Source: Podarcis gaigeae (lineage: Eukaryota). From it: DNA of 64,000 nucleotides. The stretch is from the NCBI GenBank assembly GCA_964106915.2, contig OZ066924.1. The stretch is one strand, 5' to 3'. How positions within the stretch are numbered: position 1 is the stretch's first letter; each line of letters begins with the position of its first letter. Made by a program: the position numbers and the translations under genes. Under the pieces are notes generated by a model. The model saw nothing but the letters and a program-made list of their open reading frames with translations. It was not told where the DNA came from and did not search any database. This document shows, in pieces, positions 13,735 to 27,321 of this stretch.

Positions 13735-14088
13735 GGGACATGGGTGGCACTGTGGGTTAAACCACAGAGCCTAGGACTTGCCAATCAGAAGGTTGGCGGT
13801 TCGAATCCCCGCGACAGGGTGAGCTCCCATTGCTCGGTCCCTGCTCCTGCCAACCTAGCAGTTCGAAAGCACCTCAAAGTGCAAGTAGATAAATAGGTAC
13901 CACTCCGGTGGTAAGGTAAACGGTGTTTCCGTTCGCTCCTCTGGTTCGCCTGAAGCGGCTTAGTCATGCTGGCCACATGACCTGGAAGCTGTACGCCGGC
14001 TCCCTCGGCCAATAAAGCGAGATGAGCGCCGCAACCCCAGAGTCGGCCACAACTGGACCTAATGGTCAGGGGTCCCTTTACTTTTACT
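13735..14088 (+). mobile_element. Sauria SINE
   Basis: Full head to tail; 12-bp TSD tacataggttac at 13718-13729 and 14089-14100. Confidence 0.93.
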
Positions 14089-15707
14089 TACATAGGTTAC
14101 AGGGTCCTGTTGGAGGAATAGGAAGGTGTTGGATACTTCAGCTCTAAACCTCCCACTGGTCCACTCCAGCATGCCCACCCAGCTGTGGAAGTTTTCACAG
14201 TGGAGACTGTGAAGTTGGAGCTCTCAACCCTCAGAGAGGAAGTACCACTGCTTCCTATTCCCCCTGAGATATCTGCCCAGGGACTGGAGGACTGGAGGAC
14301 CCAACTCATTTATCAGATCACCAACGCATGGAGAGAAATGATCTGCACAAGACCTCAGGGATCACCTAGACTTCTTAGTGATGGCAGAAGATACCCAACC
14401 TTGAGGGGGCAGCCACTTACTTTGACTTAGAAGGAGATAAAGAGAACCCCAATTCTATGTTTGGATTAGATACAAAAAACTCGGTAGAATGAAGAGGCCA
14501 AGGCACTTCCCCTTAATTTCAGTGGGAAGCCTAAACCATCCTGCCTTTTGAACATGGGGTTGTGGTGATGATCAAAGACAAAGGCAAACAAACAGAGGAA
14601 TGTGCATATATTCACAATGCCACAGAAACACTACTTTCCCATTCTGCACTGTCCAAATGGCTAGAGATGAAATGTAGTTTAGGAGAATGGTCTGGCTTGG
14701 CAAGGGGGGGATATGCAGAAAGTCCAAATTCTGTTCCCCCAGCTCCTCTTGCCATAAGGTTGACTAAACTGAAGGCTAAATTAGTCAGAATTCAGAAAGC
14801 CCGTTGCCCACAGTAGCACACAGCAGAGCATTTCTGTAACTTGCCTTTGGGCTTCCTGCAAACCTCTTCTAATGTGTCAGAAAGCGGGCAGTGGAAATAA
14901 AAGCTGGCAGCTTCCTCGCCCCTTATAAAAAAAGAGACGGAAACCCGTAACGAATGAAAGCACACAAAACTGCTCTTGCCATCTGCAGAGCTCCCAAACC
15001 TCTTGTAATTTTATAGCAACAGGATGCCAATGTCTCTGAAAGCCAAAAACCCAGATTAAAAACATGCACACTGAAAAATTAAGCTGAAATTGGGAGGATA
15101 TCGCAAATCATTATTACAATAATAATAATAATAAAAATTATAGAGAACTCCAACAATGACAAATAAAAATGAGAACGCCAAACAGGAAAAGAGGCTGGCA
15201 GAAGGCAGAGAAACAGACTTAGAGGAATGATATAAAATGTTTATAATGGAAATGGTTGAGCTAAAGGGCTCCCTGAGTAGAAGCATTCCAGCTTGAGGCA
15301 TCATATTAACACCTTTGAGCCAGGCACTCTGCTCACCCAGTGCTTAATCAAGGCAGATGAATTATGGCACACTTCCTCCAGCTAAAACAAACGTTGGGTT
15401 TTAGAGCTGAGCTGTAGCACTCAGAAGTTATTTCCCTAGAGATATTAATGTTTAAAGCAAAATCAAATATTAATAGCTGAACATTGGTCATTTTAAAAAC
15501 TAAACACACACACACCCAATCTGCACGACTAGCTAGACGATGGCATTTTTGCATCTTTTTCTGAGTAAATAAATTGTTTCCCCCCCCCCTTTATTTCCAG
15601 GTAGTATTCAGTGATACCAAAAATAAACACCCATCTCCTTGACCTGGTCTTTTGAGACCAGGAGCTATCTTAACAGCAGAGAGAGTTCAAGTAATTTAAA
15701 AGGGGTG

Positions 15708-15806
15708 TTCCCATGGACTGCAAGAAGATCAAACCTATCCATTCTTAAGGAAATCAGCCCTGAGTGCTCACTGGAAGGACAGATCCTGAAGCTGAGGCTC
15801 CAATAC
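15708..15806 (+). mobile_element. RTE-BovB LINE fragment
   Basis: Translates to PWTARRSNLSILKEISPECSLEGQILKLRLQY, characteristic of the BovB ORF C-terminus. Confidence 0.85.
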
Positions 15807-16442
15807 TGCCCGTATCCAATCCAGTCTTCCTTGCCAAACCTTATACTGTATATGACAGTCCTCCAGCCCTTAGGACATGTAGGCAGCCAAAATTAGGATC
15901 TCTTGCCTTGCAGACATGGAAGTGTCTTCTTTTCACAGAAATCTATACATTTCCCAATAAAAGAAATGCAAAAGTGCCAGGAAGATCTGTGTCATGGGCT
16001 GCCAAAACTTGAGAGAGCTACGTTTTGTGCAGAAATTACTTTGAATTATATTGCATTCAAGTGGGAAGCTAGTTCACAGTTTTCTATTCGGGAAAGCCAA
16101 GCTAGTATTCTTTTTTAAAAAATTAAAAAAACGTAGATCTACAGATTATTGTGGCATTTCTCCTAAAATCCATAGAAACAGTTATGTGGTTTTCTCTAAG
16201 TGGCATGCACACATTAGCTTGAATATGTTTTCCTAGGTGAAAGCCGCAAGAAAAGTGGGTTGGAAACAGTGTACAGCACAAAATGTAATTGCTGTTGGAA
16301 GCTTTGAAAAGAAAATAACATTTGAAAGGGTAAAAATGGCCACTCTGGTTGTATCAATTAGCCATTTGGTATTTCACTTTAGAATTACGGCAGCAAAAGT
16401 TTTACAAAGCTGACATTTATTTACTCCTTTCTCTCCTTCTAG

Positions 16443-16518
16443 CCATCTGGTATTCCTGCTAGAAACACTGGTGCAGTTTTTTCCCAAAAGGAAATTTATT
16501 GCACTGCTGGTATTTCAG
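16443..16518 (+). other. Candidate 76-nt internal exon (gene unknown)
   Basis: Branch-point-like ctgac at 16410, long pyrimidine tract ending in tag, donor cag|gtaagg; two open frames; peptide not recognised. Confidence 0.35.
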
Positions 16519-17067
16519 GTAAGGCTTCCAATAGAATTATGAATGGGGCTGCTTCATATGTTTCAATGAATGCATCATTCACTCTGTTCTCAGTTTTCAG
16601 GCTATAAGTATCATTGTTTATCTAGCCAAAACAGCACTATCCGTACAAAAGAGGTTTAGAGCAAGTCTGAAGATTGCAGGAGGGTAAACCTCAAAAATAA
16701 TAAGGACTGAATGCAGAAAGCGAGGACAGGGGAGGAATGGGGAGGGTGAATAGGACTTCTGGAATCCTGAACAGAAGCACTTCATAGAACAACATTTGGT
16801 TGTGGGTCCCACTTGTAAATATATAAAATAGTCATTGGGCAACCACGACAGAGTCCAGAAGTAAACCAAGCTGAAATGAAATAGGGCTGGGGAGATCAAT
16901 CTGTTCTGCTTTCTCTCCATTTCTCATTTCCCCCATCTTAAGTTATCCACATTTCTACATTGGTTTGACATTTATTTTATTTTTTAAAGCCTCAGGAATA
17001 TTCATTAGCATTTTAATGTGAATTTACCCTAATATGCACATTTTCTATACACTTTTGCCTAATATAT

Positions 17068-17588
17068 TGTTATGGGTTGTGGGTGTGGGGATAGGCTATA
17101 TGCTGACCCCCTTTCTATCTCCTGGAACCAGCAATGGTTAAAATCTAAGCAGGATTCAAATTGCTGGACTAGTCAGGCTAGCTTCTTGGTGAGGTGATGG
17201 ACCATTAAGGTAAAAAAAAGGAAGTGGATCTGTGCTAAATGGCTGGGACTCCCTCCCTCAGCTCTCTAGTAGATAGAAAGACAAAGGCCAGAGTTCAGAG
17301 TTTAGTTATGTGAGCTGGTTGGAAGCAGCAGGCTGGGAAACCAGAGAGACAGAGTGATGCTTGATTTCTCTTTGAATCCAAAGCTGCAGCTATGGGAGAA
17401 GCAAGACCCTTTGGGAGTGTTAATGTAGCAAACTTCTCCATCGTAGGCTCAGGTTGCATATATGTGTAAACAAACCATATATCATAAAGGTACCACAGTC
17501 TCCGCTGTCCCTCATTCCAAAGGAAACATGAACCCTGGGTAACTGCCTGGAATTTTGCACTGAACAAAGATCGGGGTAGCATGCAACA
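17068..17588 (+). mobile_element. Solo LTR
   Basis: TG...CA termini (tgtt...aaca) with 4-bp TSD atat; shares blocks with 43088-43506 and 34263-34674; sits inside an older degenerate repeat (about 16882-17800). Confidence 0.72.
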
Positions 17589-19331
17589 ATATAAATCTTT
17601 GCAAATGAATTCTTCCTAATAACATGCATTTTGGGATGTTATTTTCACAACTACTTGCATTTTAAAGCACACTTTCCTATAGTATATGTGTTTTTGTACA
17701 CATTACTTGCCTGGAGGGCTGCATTGCAAAATTCAGAGAAACGTGAATTCGGAAGGAGGGCTATGTTTTAGTTCGTATGTTGTTTGCAAAGTGCAAACAC
17801 CAGTGCACATCATGGGGACATTAAAAGCAAGATGAGGAAGGTGGGGAGAGTCCAAGGTTCAGAAAGCCTCAGCAGAAACTGATGAGCAGGAGATGTTGCA
17901 AATCCTCCAGTCATTTTGGCAAATATTCAGCAGTGGTCTGTGCCATGGACCAAGAGTGTCTGGGGGCAACCCAGTCAAATGGACAGGGTACCATAAATTG
18001 TTGTTGTTCTTGTTACCTTAGCTATAGTGGGCACCAAGACCCAAATTGCTTCCTTTGTTGAAGGTATCCCCATATAACTGTGAGTCCATCGTAATGGAAG
18101 AGAGCACCACATGATACTCCCCAGATGCATCACTAGCTTAGAAGTGATAATATTCTGAATTTACTCCAAGTCACACCATATTTTCCCCACACCTACCATA
18201 TCTACCCATGTATCTATCTATGCTATAAAATACCTTGGGGCTTTTGACCGTCTCAGGGTGTCCCTTCTGAATGCCTGACTTGCTGTGCCCATAGCCGGTG
18301 GCATATATTATGTATTTATTAAAATATTTATACAACATTGTACTTTATTTTAGTATTAAATATTATCAGCACACAATATTCTCTGATACTTACAATCTTA
18401 TTTATTTCATTTACCTCACAATTCTATCTTCTGAACATTACAAAAGATTGTACTGATACTGCAAATAATGTGGGCAGTTAAGGGCTTCACTAAACTTGAA
18501 GAACCTCAGTAATGAAAGTATAGTACAGCAGAGACAGTACTAAGACTGAATTTGTAGCAAGCCTGGCTCAAAATGCTTAATCGGACTCAAAGTGTATGCC
18601 CTTTGGTTACAGAGAAAGACAGAGTGACATTTCAGAATTCTGAGTTATGAGATTATTGATCCAGACGAATGTAAGAGCATGGAGCACTCCACGACACTAA
18701 AGGTAATTGTGAAGCCTCTGCCTCATGGAGTTCTGCATTGTACTGGTGCTCTTGCAAAGAAACTAAGTTGGGGATCTTGTTTCTAGAGTCTGAGAAATTA
18801 AAGGCTCTTTAATATGGAAAGTTGAGAGACATCAGAGGCAATGTATAGCCCTTCTTTTGAAACGCACAAGTAAGCAAATTGCACTTTTTAAAAAACAAAA
18901 CAAGTGTTGTATGGAAACCATTCTTCTTTTCTTTTCTTTTTTCTTTTCTTTTCCTAAAAAGAGAATTATCGCCAAAATGAAAGGACAAAAGAGGGCTCAG
19001 GTTAACATAAAGAAATGCTTTTTTTATATGCATATATGCAAATTTAGATATAAGTCCTATAATTAAAGTAGAAATCTCACTTTAATGGGGCAGACTGTGT
19101 ACCTGCTCAGTCTTCTGGTAGGTGCTAACTGTTGGTGATCAACAGCAACTTCCCTTCTAATGGTTCTTAGCCAACTAAATCCTATTCAAAGTAGACCTGA
19201 TAATTTAAATGGCTCTACCTGGAGGAAGACTAACATTGGGTGCAATCCATCATCTTTCGACTTTACTTGAACCTGATAGCCCTTCACACAAAAGAGTCAC
19301 TCGAATGCAGGATTGTCCTTTGTAAGACAGT

Positions 19332-19918
19332 TGTCAGGGAGCTGACAAGGAGAGCAGGTCATTCGCAGATCAGAGAAAGACAGTGAACGCTAGCTAACTT
19401 TCAGTTAGCTTCTTTATTAAGGAAGCAGAACAGAGAACACACAGAGACTTCTAAGGGCCACTCCTGTCTAGATGAAGCACTTTCCCAGAATAGTTTGTAA
19501 CTCCAGTCCCTATCCCTCTGTGTCAGACACCTTCCTCTGTCTACAGTGAGCCCCAGTGGATACTCTCTGTGTCCGCCTGGCTCTCTGCTTGGCGACATGC
19601 AACAGATACCACGTTCTTGGAGTGGAGGCAACTTACAGGCTATCAGCAGAGAAGCTGTCAGGGTGGCTCCGTGGTGAAGCTGCCAAGTCTGATTCCTGTC
19701 TCTGCTTTGCACTGGGGAACCTGCCTGTTTCCTCCTCTTCATCATCCCTCAAGCGTCCTGCCTCCAGTACTTCCCAGCTCTTCCACTTCCTCTGGGGTGT
19801 GGCCAGTTTCCCAGCATCAGGAGCCAAGATCCAAATCATTTCCCTCTGTGCTTTCCCTGGAGGGCGGCTCTTAATCAGGCAGCCTCCACCACTCTTGCTC
19901 ATCCAGCAAACCCCAACA
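19332..19918 (-). mobile_element. Solo LTR-like element related to 33698-34182
   Basis: tgtcaggg...ccccaaca termini, tttatt near the left end, shared gagtggtggag block; no clear TSD. Confidence 0.55.
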
Positions 19919-21464
19919 GTAGGACACTGGGCCACTAAATTCTAGGGGACTGTATGGGCAGAATACACAATCGCTCAACATGCATCTCCTCAAGAGAGTC
20001 ATTTTCATGAGTGGCCATTGTTTACATTGACCTGGGTCATGCTTGCCAACAATTTATATCCGTATTCATGTGTGCATGCAAAGCCCAAATCTTTTGTATT
20101 CAAAGAAGAGCAGCATGGCAGAAAATCCTGCAGGCCAAATTCCTGTGGTGTGTGGGCATATTGTTCTGGAAATGTCATTCCCTCTGTAATAGCTCTGGAT
20201 TTTGTTCCTAAAAGAAATCCCACACAATTTGGAATTTTTTAATGCATTGCCCATCCATGCATTAGCTGTACTTTTTCAGGCCCGGAAATACCCACTTACA
20301 TGGATTCTGAAGCAGAAATCCTGCAGGGTGCAGACTCCTGCAATCCATTTCAGTGGAATGCTTTACACACAAGTTATTGTATGAAATGCATTGGTAAAAC
20401 ATTAATGACCTCTGCTCTACTCTAAACCAGCGGGCAGACATTGCTTTAAACAGCTCATTTTCCATCTCTGATAGAAACTGGAACAGCATGACCACTTCTG
20501 TTAACTTTAATTTTGAACATTTTTATTTACAATTAAAGCGCCACATGGCAACTTCAGGGGAGTCACTGCCTCATAATGGCACCGCTTATCTTAAAAAGGA
20601 ATAGCATTAACTTAAAAATAAATAAATGTTTCTTAACCTTCATCCCACATTGGGGAAAACAACATACTGATGGTTTTGAGGTGTTTTTTCCTACTCCAAT
20701 CAGATTCCCAATGTATTGGGGAGAGCTGACAGCAGGACCCGGATAACATTTGTGTCTGTTATGTCGGATGAAGTGTGCTTGACAATTCCCAAACACCCAG
20801 AGCCAGAAAACACGTATTCAGAGAAAGTAAAATGTCTGCAGTAAGCATTTCCCCTGCCCTTGCATACTGAGTAAACAGCACCATTTCTGTTCCTTTAATA
20901 CGCCATGATTTTTATTTTCAATTACCAACAATAAAAACTATAATTTAAAGTAAAAATGTTCTGAGCATATTGTAAACTGTCTAGAAAAAAAGCACTTTAT
21001 TACAACTGAGAAATAACATAAGCTAATGTTAACGTTTTTTTTGGGGGGGGTGTTATTCTAATACCATCTTTTAAAAAACCCCTGCAAGAAATCTGACCTT
21101 GGTTAGAGAAATGTCCCCAAACAGCACTATATGGATTATGCCAGCCTACTGATGTTTTCTTGACCTCTTGCTGGCCTATGGAGTTTTACTTCCCCTATCC
21201 ACATTGGTTGTGGTATTGAACACAACCCAATTGCAAAAGTCAACGTATTTTCTCTGGCATTTTGCTTTCAGGAGAACAGGAAAGAAACTGGCCAAAATTT
21301 GTGGACATTGTATAGGTGAAAATTTGTGGCACTGTCCTAGAGGGGCTACCTTGTCGGTCTACTTATGTTTAAATTTCACAATGAAAAGTGCATCTGGGGT
21401 AGGCTTTGAACTCCATAAAAATATATGAAGGTTAAATGTGTGTCATTTCAGGAGAATTAATAGT

Positions 21465-21973
21465 TTTATTTCGTTCTAGTCAGACCTCATCTGAGGTACT
21501 GTGTGTCAAGTTCCGAGTGGTGCAACTTGATAAGGATAGAATCTGCATAGACAAAGTGGAATGGGGTCAGAGGAAGGAAATGAAGTTGGTCAGCAGTATG
21601 GAAAAAAAGTCCTACAAAGATGGGTTGGAAGATAGGTTTATCTTGAAAAGAACTGACAAGAACAAGGTAGGAGGGTGGGGTGGAAAAGGTACAATAGCAC
21701 TCTTTAAGTGCCTAAAGGGCTGTCAGAATGAAGGTTGCTGCATCAGAAGGAAGGGTAGATCTAATGGGCTTAACTTACTGGGAGATAGAACATATTTCTA
21801 AATGGTCTGAGCAGTTTAACAATGGAAGCCCAGGGGGGCGGGGTGGGATCTCCCTCCCTCAATATTTTCAAGCAGAGACTAGACAGCCATCTGTGGGGGA
21901 AGCTGTAGCTTGGATTTCTAGCAATGACCAGGGTTCTGGACTACAAATATGCATCCAAGTCTATGATTCTATG
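21465..21973 (+). mobile_element. CR1 LINE 3' end
   Basis: ctagtcagacctcatctgaggtactgtg (LVRPHLEYC-like), cagaggaagg block, and tail tctatgattctatg (CR1 ATTCTRTG octamer). Confidence 0.8.
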
Positions 21974-22210
21974 CATTTCTATTCTGAAAGAACAAGTAGA
22001 AATTTAGACATGTGCAGGTGACTTCCATAGTCCCCCCCCCCCCCGGCACTGATTGATCTCTTTGGAAGAGAATAAGAGGCAGGGGGAAGGGGGATTTGGT
22101 GAACATTGCCTTCCTCACCCCTTCCATTTTAGTGACAGTCTCCCCCAGATCATCAGATCTTCTGCAACCCCTTTTGGAGGCAGAAGGAATACAAAAATCC
22201 AAGCCATTTA

Positions 22211-22738
22211 CAGTATTTTTCGTTCTATAAGACGCACCTGACCATAAGACGCACCTAGTTTTAGGGGAGGAGAACAAGAAAAAAATGTTCTCTCCCTCTC
22301 TGCTCAGCACCTCTCCAGCAAAGTGGGAGGAGAAATGGAAGGGGCTCCGTTTCTCCTCCCGCTTCGCTGAAGGGGCGCTGTGCAGCTCTTTCTCTCTGCA
22401 CAGCTCCCCTTCAGGTAGCGGCAGGAGAAACGGAGCTCCTTCCATTTCTCCTCCCACTTCACTGAAGGAGCACTGCGCAGAGAGGGAAAGCTGCTCAGCG
22501 GCTCTCCAGCGAAGCGAAGCCTCCTGAGCGCAGCGGGAGTGCTCCCGCTGCACTCAGGAGGCTTCGGACGGCTATCCCTGAAGCCAGGAGAGCAAGAGGG
22601 ATTGGTGCGCACCAATCCCTCTTGCTCTCCTGGCTTCAGCGAAAGCTGTGCAGCCTGCATTCGCTCCATAAGACGCACACACATTTCCCCTTACTTTTTA
22701 GGAGGGGAAAAGTGCATCTTATAGAGCAGAAAATACGG
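22211..22738. mobile_element. Tc2/pogo-type non-autonomous DNA transposon
   Basis: TIRs c(a/c)gtatttt(t)c..tctataagacgcac with TA flanks; GC-rich internal palindromes; same family as 38260-38519. Confidence 0.85.
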
Positions 22739-23272
22739 TATATGCTGGAGGGGTGCAGCTAATTTTCAGAAGTATCAGTTGCACTGGAATCAACTTTATA
22801 GGGCCGAGGTGCTTTTGACCCCATCAATATCTGTGAGGAGGGGACAGGCCCTCTCAATGTTGAGGGGGCAGAGGATGCTGAACGTGGAGCCAAGCATGAA
22901 ACAGAAGGAGCCACTAGCCATTGAAGCCATGCTACACTTGGCTCTGCACTCGGCCTCCTCCTGGCGATCTGACGTCATGCGTGCAACACGCAGTGCACAA
23001 CACATGCATGACATCATACATGCACAACGCACAATGGGCCCCCTCAATCTTGGTCATAAGTTGGTGCTTCTGATGAGTTGTGATCCAAAGACACTTGCTG
23101 CTATTTCTGTGCACACAAGGGTGCTTCGACTTTTGTGTTTCTCAAACATCAGCTTCCAGTACCTCACAACAACTTACTTGCGAAACTGATGAGATTTTCA
23201 AAAGTGGTTTGCCATATGGCAAAGAGGGATAGGGAGGTCCCTGCTGCTCAGTGAAAAAGGACAAGAACCCTT

Positions 23273-23560
23273 GAGAGCCAGTGTGGTGTAGTAGTTAAGA
23301 GCGGTAGTATCGTAATCTGGGGAACCGGGTTCGCGTCTCCGCTCCTCCACATGCAGCTGCTGGGTGACCTTGGGCTAGTCACACTTCTCTGAAGTCTCTC
23401 AGCCCCACTCACCTCACAGAGTGTTTGTTGTGGGGGAGGATGGGAAAGGAGAATGTTAGCCGCTTTGAGACTCCTTAAAGGGAGTGAAAGGTGGGATATC
23501 AAATCCAAACTCCTCCTCCTCCTCCTCCTCCTCCTCCTCCTCCTCCTCTTCTTCTTCTTC
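23273..23560 (+). mobile_element. Squam3-type (MIR/Ther1-derived) SINE with (CCT)n/(CTT)n tail
   Basis: gagagccagtgtggtgtagtagttaagagc head, gggtgaccttgggctagtcac core, simple-repeat tail. Confidence 0.8.
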
Positions 23561-25268
23561 ATTTAGGGATGCCTAAAGTAGCTGTTTAGATGCCAGCCAC
23601 ATATGCGCTGCGTAACCTTTTCGCAAGAGTGTGGCAGGTACCACAGCATTGCTGTTGAGTGCGTTTTGTGCAATTTGTGGTGTGAGGCAGTAGCTATTAA
23701 GATGTTTTGAAGATGATAATCAGTGCAACAAGATTGCAGTTTACCCTTGTTAAGTTTCAGCAAAGAAAATGTTTGCTGACAGATGTGCATGCGTTTAATG
23801 ACAGATGTTAATTTATGGAATGATGACCGTGTTTGCACATTTAATCTCATCACCTCTCTAGTGGGTCTTGAAGGATGCGAGATCAAAACGTACACAAACT
23901 GCTACTCTCTCCAAACTATAAATAAGAAATCGGTTTTATAGGAGACCACTGCAGATAATGGGATAATAATCTCAGTATGTTTTTGTTATTTCATTCCCGG
24001 GTCTTACACGGAAAACGTTTACTACTTGCATTCCTCAATATGTTCTTTGTATCCTAGACCCTCAGGCACAACACATACCACAATATTTATGCTATATCTA
24101 GCTGCTTAAAGTATTGCAGACTAATTTTAAATGGATCAAGTTATTGTATCATGAACAATGCCAATGATTTGCAATAATGAAGGAATTATATATAAAAAAA
24201 GTTTTTAAATTCTGTCTCATACAATGGGGATGAGAATGAACTTTTCCTTTATTGTATGAAATGGTAGTAGTTATGGAAAGTGCTAGCGGAATATTAAAAG
24301 TCAATAATGACACTTTTAGATTTACACAGCTTTTAGATTTGCGTGTTTTTTAAAAAATGGACGCCAGAAAACTATGGTTCTCTAAGTCTGAGGAGCCAAG
24401 CATTTGAAGGGCCTTTTCCATAACAGAATTATTGTAAGGGAACCTACAGTTTATCTTGAGGAGTTGTAACCAATAGGAAGCCAAAATCACTGCTTTTGTT
24501 GAAATTCGTGGTGTGTAAAAAATACCAAGTCACTGCTTATGACTGGGTGGGCTGAAGGTGGCCATCTTGTAAAAAGGAAACATGTGTCATCGCTATCTAC
24601 AGATCACCACAAGGTCATTACAGTATATTTGAGATTTCCACCCCTTCTGACAAACCGGCAACTATATAATTGGTATAGAAGCAGGAAATGATAGCCTTTC
24701 TAATCTTGATGTGGTTACGCTGCAACTCCAAAGCCGGATCTGGAGGCCTGCCACTGTTCGCCTTGGCGTGAAAACTCCTCCGTTATGGTCAGGCAGTAAG
24801 TAAGTGTGGTTAGAATGCTGTCAGTACATGTAAGGAATAAACATCACTTGTATTTCATATTATCCCTTAGCAAAGTATATCTGCTACATAACCAAGAAGT
24901 TATTGAACCACTGCTTGTACCAGCAGAATAAGCCATGCTTTCATGCTTGGCCAGACTGTGGCTTATCTACTGTGCAGACTCTGTGAGCGGGTGCTTTTGT
25001 GCTTAAGTTTATTACCCAAACTGTTCATGACAACCTCGCTAAACCTTTCCATATCTCGTTCCACCACGCGTAAAGTGCAGATGGAAATGTTGGCTTGGCA
25101 CCACTGACTTGGTTGCGAAGGAAGCTAAACATCCAAAATGCATCAGATGGAATGTCAAATGGCTTTCCCTTGAAAGTAAAGAGGAGTGTTTAAACCAGCA
25201 CTTGTTAAGTTGCAGGGGAGGCAGAGGTGTCACATTGTGAAGAACTGCTTGGCCCCTTCGTTGCTCAT

Positions 25269-25623
25269 AAAGGTAAAGGTAAAGGGACCCCTGACCACTA
25301 GGTCTAGTCATGACCAACTCTGGGTTTGCGGTGCTCATCTCGCTTTATTGGCCAAGGGAGCCAGCGTACAGCTTCCGGGTCATGTGGCCAGCATGACTAA
25401 GCCACTTCTGGCGAACCAGAGCAGCGCACAGAAACGCCGTTTACCTCCCCGTCGGAGTGGTACCTGTTTATCTATTTGCACTTTGACGTGCTTTCGAACT
25501 GCTAAGTTGGCAGGAGCTGGGACCGAGCAATGGGAGCTCACCCCGTCGCAGGGATTCGAACCGCCAACCTTCCAATCGGCAAGCCCAAGGCTCAGTGGTT
25601 TATACCACAGTGCCACCTGCGTC
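25269..25623 (-). mobile_element. Sauria SINE
   Basis: aaggtaaaggtaaagggacccc tail through to the tRNA-like head. Confidence 0.92.
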
Positions 25624-26184
25624 AAATATGACCTGGGAGCTATTTTAGGGGTATCGCATAAAACTAATGACCCACTGCCATTATGAGGCTTCTTTGCTAA
25701 TCTGGCTAACTTCTTGATTCTTGAAAGGGGGAGTCCAACTTATTGCACTAAGCATTCCACTTTGGTTCTCATTGTCCTTTTGGCAATCCTCAGCAAAGTC
25801 AAATCTGAATGCTACCTCTGAAACAAGCCCCCTAATTCTAATGATAAAGTCTACTGAGACTCCTTAAACACTGCAAAGTACAGAGGATATTAGGACATGA
25901 TAAACCTCTTCTAGGTATAACTATCGTGGAGTCAGCAGAACAAGACGAGAGAGGACTCTCTTGGCTTGCAGTTCATTTATTTGTTTAGATGGCAAGAATT
26001 CATATCTCACCACGGCCTATTAAATCACTTAAATCATGTTACACAGAAAAGACTGGTTTTATTAGAATATTAGAATAAATGTATCCCTAATAGTCTCATT
26101 TTATTTCCAGAGTGCTTGATCTAGGTGTCCATTAACCCTAATTTCTTTTTAGAGTTATGCGGTGAAAAAATATCATACCCAATT

Positions 26185-26319
26185 NNNNNNNNNNNNNNNN
26201 NNNNNNNNNNNNNNNNNNNNNNNNNNNNNNNNNNNNNNNNNNNNNNNNNNNNNNNNNNNNNNNNNNNNNNNNNNNNNNNNNNNNNNNNNNNNNNNNNNNN
26301 NNNNNNNNNNNNNNNNNNN
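26185..26319. other. Assembly gap
   Basis: N run. Confidence 1.
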
Positions 26320-27321
26320 AGTAGTATCAAGCTTCAGTTATCCAGGATAAAATTCTTGGAAGAATAAGATAAAAAACAAAGCAAAAAAACCCTCAGAGTT
26401 TAATTTAAACCAGGAGCTTTGACCCCAAATTTCTAAAGTGGCAAGCAACAGTAGAGCTGTCCTAAAATGAGCAGTTTTGCCAGCCATGTTGAAAGTGCCT
26501 TTGCTCCCAAAAGTGCCATACTGAGAACAACAGAACATATATATATGTTCTATATATATATGTTTCTATAACTGGCTTTGCTTCCCCTCAGCAATGTGCT
26601 TACATAGCCAAACATGAGTGGCAACTTTGCGATATCATCCCCTTCACTGTATGATCCCTGATAGGCTGGGAGCACAAATGTAATTCATCTGGGAGGAAGC
26701 TACAGAAACGAGATGCTATTGCAGTTGCTCAGAGGCAAACCGAGGGTCACAATTAAATTTAAATCTCCCAATTAAGGGGCTTGTGCCCTCATACAGGCTG
26801 CATGCTCATATCAGAGCACCGCAGCCTGGATGACTGTTGGCACTGGTGTGGAGATTGCACACAGATATGGGACCATTGTGTAAAGGACTTTCAAGCATTG
26901 CATCTGTCATGTGGAAAGCTGCCATAACTGCTTTTCAGCAGCCTCCAAATAGGGGCTATAACCTTTAAATCAATGAAATGAAATGAGAATTGAAGCATAA
27001 CTACTTAGGGCACAATCCAATCCCACTGTGGCCCGGCACCAGCACACAGTGTATTCCCTCAAGCCTCAGTATAGCCCTTTTGCTGCTCTCGCGCTCTGTT
27101 CAAGTGTGTAGGCAGCACAGCAAGTCAACACAGGGAAATGGTATGTGTGTCTGCGAATGCAAGTGACTCAGGCTTGAGTATTATAGCCAGGGTGTTTTTG
27201 TTGTTGATCGATAGTGGCTTTCACTTGAGTTCATGGCGAAGGCGAGAGTGTGACAAGTCCTTTCCATCTCACGGTTCACGTTCTTCATCGCTATGCTGTG
27301 TTAACTCTCATGTCTATACAT

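Noticed and set aside
15601-15690. Plus-strand acceptor ttatttccag followed by a weak donor
   Set aside because: Stops in all three frames and a weak donor; not enough support.
21969-22724. Overlapping ORFs of up to 194 aa on both strands
   Set aside because: GC-rich palindromic interior of a non-autonomous transposon; no transposase motifs.
25186-25686. 166-aa ORF and similar ORFs (5933, 13785, 50140, 52645, 61325)
   Set aside because: Fortuitous translations of Sauria SINEs; the same peptide (GHVASMTKPL, FRTARLAGAGTEQWELT) recurs in the copies.
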